From assembly GCF_058153355.1 (NCBI RefSeq), contig NZ_CM177019.1: 64,000 nt of DNA, one strand, 5' to 3'. A program made the translations under genes and the position numbers. A model generated the notes under the pieces. That model saw only the letters and a program-made list of their open reading frames with translations. It was not told where the DNA came from and made no database searches. The first letter of the stretch is position 1. Each line of letters opens with the position of its first letter. Positions 61,222 through 64,000 of the stretch are shown here, in pieces.

Positions 61222-61312
61222 ATATCAATACGGTTCTGGCGAGCCGCTTACATATTTTGTTGTCCATCACAGTATTCCTTTCATTCCTGAATGTGTAAGA
61301 GCTTTATGTTGC

Positions 61313-61654
61313 TCATGCCGGGCGAAACAAACGCATTTGACCAAACAAGCAGACAAAAAAGGCGATAGGGTAGATCACCATTTCATAAGCATTGATAGGT
61401 GCGTTTAAAACACCGATAAACAAGAGACCGATAGTGATTAACGCAACTAACTGGCAGATGTGAATAAAAAAATCATCCAGTTGCCCGAGTTTTTCTGCGC
61501 GAAGATATGCATAGTTGCTAAAAGTTGCCGTCATTAACACGCCAAGAAAATAGCCTTTTCCACTTAACAATGGGCATGAGATCCATAGCCCAAGCAGATA
61601 AACCAGCGCCCCGACAACAAATAATAGTTTTGCCACAGTCTTTGAGGTTTTCAT
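61313..61654 (-). CDS. yiaB: Inner membrane protein YiaB (yiaA paralogue)
   Basis: ORF 61313..61696; start set at MKTSKTVAKLLF (113 aa). Confidence 0.75.
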   Translation of the reverse strand: MKTSKTVAKLLFVVGALVYLLGLWISCPLLSGKGYFLGVLMTATFSNYAYLRAEKLGQLDDFFIHICQLVALITIGLLFIGVLNAPINAYEMVIYPIAFFVCLFGQMRLFRPA

Positions 61655-61821
61655 AACGATCTCCATATCTACCAGCGATACATTACGAGTAACCAACGAA
61701 AGACAAAACTGAAAAATGCCATTAACAAATGATTTCAGAATAAATTCATACTAAATATTAATTAATTACTGATATATATAGATGTGAATTATCCCCCACC
61801 CGGTCAGGCAGGGGATAACGT

Positions 61822-63276
61822 TTACGCCATTAATGGCAGAAGTTGCTGATAGAGGCGACGGAACGTTTCACGTCGTGGCTGATAAGTGGCATAACGCTGC
61901 GCATCTGGTAAATGCGACTGTTCTAACGGCAGTTGTGGCAACAACTCAATGAGCGATTTCTCTGGATTCGCCACAATCTGCGCCAGCCTTGCTGCGCCCA
62001 GTGCTGGCCCCACATCCCCCCCCGTGCGGTAATCGAGTTGCTGACCGCTGATATCCGCCAGCATCTGACGCCAGTACTCACTACGCGCCCCGCCACCAAT
62101 CAACGTAACACTTTGCGGTTTAATGCCGCAGGCATGCACGACATCCATGCCATCTGCCAGCGCATAACCCACGCCTTCCAGCACTGCTCGCGCCAGTTCA
62201 TTGGGGCCATGTTGATGAGTCAAACCAAAGAAAACCCCCTTCGCCTGGGGATTATTGTGTGGTGTACGCTCGCCGGAAAGATAAGGCAGAAACCAAACTG
62301 GCTCGGCACTTTCATCAGCCTGTTGAGCAGCCGCGATTAAAGCTGGGACATTGTTCAGGCCCGTTAATTTCGCGGCCCAATCCAGACACGACGCTGCACT
62401 CAGCATCACAGACATTAAATGCCAACGCTGCGGGAGCGCATGGCAAAAGCTGTGTACGGCGCTTTCTGGCTTGCTTAAGAACCCTTCGCTGACAGCAAAA
62501 TAGACCCCCGACGTCCCCAGCGATAACATTGCCTGATTAGCATCAACCATTCCTACACCAACCGCACCAGCTGCATTATCACCACCGCCTGCGACAACTG
62601 GCACTGCCGCCATACCCCACGCTTTCGCAACTTCAGGTAGCAAAGCACCAGTAATTTCGCTGCCTTCGTATAATGCGGGCATCTGGTCACGAGATAAGTG
62701 GCAAGCCTGCAGCATGACGTCACTCCAGTCACGCTTTGCGACATCCAGCCACATGGTGCCAGCTGCGTCAGACATATCGCTGGCAAACTCCCCCGTCATA
62801 CGCAGACGCAAGTAATCTTTCGGTAATAATACTTTGTCGATTTGACGGAATATCTCCGGCTCATGCCGCTGAACCCATAGCAATTTAGGCGCAGTAAATC
62901 CGGGCATCATCAGGTTACCGGTAATCACCCGTGATTGCGGAACTCGCGCTTCCAGCAAAGTGCACTCTTGCGCACAGCGCCCGTCGTTCCACAAAATGGC
63001 AGGGCGTAATACCCGTTGCTGGGCATCCAGTAAGGTTGCACCGTGCATCTGGCCGGCAATACCCAATGCTTTAACGTCCTGCAGAGAATGCTGATCGCCC
63101 AGAGCTTTCATTGCGCGATCAGTTGCCTGCCACCACTGTTCCGGGTCTTGTTCCGACCAGAGTGGATGCGGGCGCGAAACGGTCAGCTTTTCCGTTTGCG
63201 AAGCAACCACCTCACCCTGCTCGTTGAGCAAAATAACTTTTACGCCCGAGGTGCCAAGATCTATCCCGATATACAT
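61822..63276 (-). CDS. xylB: Xylulokinase
   Basis: 484-aa ORF MYIGIDLGTSGVKVILL..., FGGY sugar-kinase family. Confidence 0.9.
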   Translation of the reverse strand: MYIGIDLGTSGVKVILLNEQGEVVASQTEKLTVSRPHPLWSEQDPEQWWQATDRAMKALGDQHSLQDVKALGIAGQMHGATLLDAQQRVLRPAILWNDGRCAQECTLLEARVPQSRVITGNLMMPGFTAPKLLWVQRHEPEIFRQIDKVLLPKDYLRLRMTGEFASDMSDAAGTMWLDVAKRDWSDVMLQACHLSRDQMPALYEGSEITGALLPEVAKAWGMAAVPVVAGGGDNAAGAVGVGMVDANQAMLSLGTSGVYFAVSEGFLSKPESAVHSFCHALPQRWHLMSVMLSAASCLDWAAKLTGLNNVPALIAAAQQADESAEPVWFLPYLSGERTPHNNPQAKGVFFGLTHQHGPNELARAVLEGVGYALADGMDVVHACGIKPQSVTLIGGGARSEYWRQMLADISGQQLDYRTGGDVGPALGAARLAQIVANPEKSLIELLPQLPLEQSHLPDAQRYATYQPRRETFRRLYQQLLPLMA

Positions 63277-63347
63277 ATCGATCGTTCCTTAAAAAAATGC
63301 CCGGTATCGCTACCGATAACCGGGCCAACGGACTGCACAGTTAGCCG

Positions 63348-64000
63348 TTATTTGTCGAACAGATAATGGTTTACCAGATTTTCCAGTTGCTCCTGGCGAC
63401 CACTCTGATGCACCGGAGACAAATTATGTTCCTGAGCATATTTGGCTAAATCTGCCAGTGACATTTGGCCTTTCAGGATTTGCTGGCCTAATTCGCTATT
63501 CCAGCCGGAATAACGCTGCGCGATGCGTTTATCCAGCTCGCCATCTTCAATCATGCGTGCTGCAATTTTCAGCGCCAACGCCATCGTATCCATCGCGCCG
63601 ATATGACCGTAAAACAGATCATATTTATCAGTACTTTGACGACGGACTTTGGCATCGAAGTTCAGACCGCCGGTGGTGAAACCGCCTGCTTTGAGAATTT
63701 CATACATCACCAGCGCATTCTCTTCCACACTGTTCGGGAACTGGTCGGTGTCCCAGCCCAGTTGTGCATCGCCACGGTTGGCGTCGACAGAACCGAACAG
63801 GCCAAGCGCAATGGCGGTGGCTATTTCATGATGGAAAGAGTGACCTGCCAGCGTCGCGTGGTTAGCTTCAATGTTCAGTTTAATCTCTTTTTCCAGACCA
63901 AACTGTTTCAGGAAGCCATACACCGTCGCGGCATCGTAATCATATTGATGTTTAGTCGGTTCTTGCGGTTTCGGTTCGATAAGCAACGTCCCCTGGAAAC
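63348..64000 (-). CDS. xylA: Xylose isomerase, C-terminal part only (start lies beyond the window)
   Basis: Minus-strand ORF open to the window edge; C-terminal xylose-isomerase sequence. Confidence 0.9.

Larger units (their letters stand above)
58783..61251 (+). mobile_element. IS66-family insertion sequence, 2469 bp
   Basis: Imperfect terminal inverted repeats starting GTAAGCG (58783..) and ending CGCTTAC (..61251); 8-bp direct repeat ATATTTTG at 58775..58782 and 61252..61259; three-ORF organisation. Confidence 0.85.

Overview
This window is an Escherichia coli chromosomal segment syntenic with the K-12 treF–xylA region, identified by recalled protein similarity rather than any database search. 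It runs treF, yhjB/C/D/E/G, pdeH, kdgK, yhjJ, dctA, pdeK, the cellulose cluster bcsRQABZC and bcsEFG, ldrD/rdlD, yhjV, dppFDCBA, proK, eptB, yhjX, yhjY, tag, yiaC, bisC, yiaD, ghrB, yiaF, yiaG, cspA, hokA, glySQ, ysaB, wecH, yiaA, yiaB, xylB and xylA. Three insertion sequences interrupt this backbone: an IS4 between treF and yhjB, an IS110-family IS621-like element inside a REP repeat between dppA and proK, and an IS66-family element in the 5' end of yiaA. The most interesting object is the IS621-like element: its 5' non-coding end has two loops that copy the insertion target (ATCGGGCCT and CGTAG) and the element's own right end (ACAGTAT), as expected for a bridge (guide) RNA, and a sigma70 promoter is split across its two ends. 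Other points are an intact bcsQ codon 6 (TTG), a hokA/mokA locus with no IS inside it, a probable frameshift in yhjY, and the ldrD/rdlD toxin pair. Gene names, K-12 comparisons and start-codon choices rest on memory; antisense ORFs inside well-supported genes were discarded.
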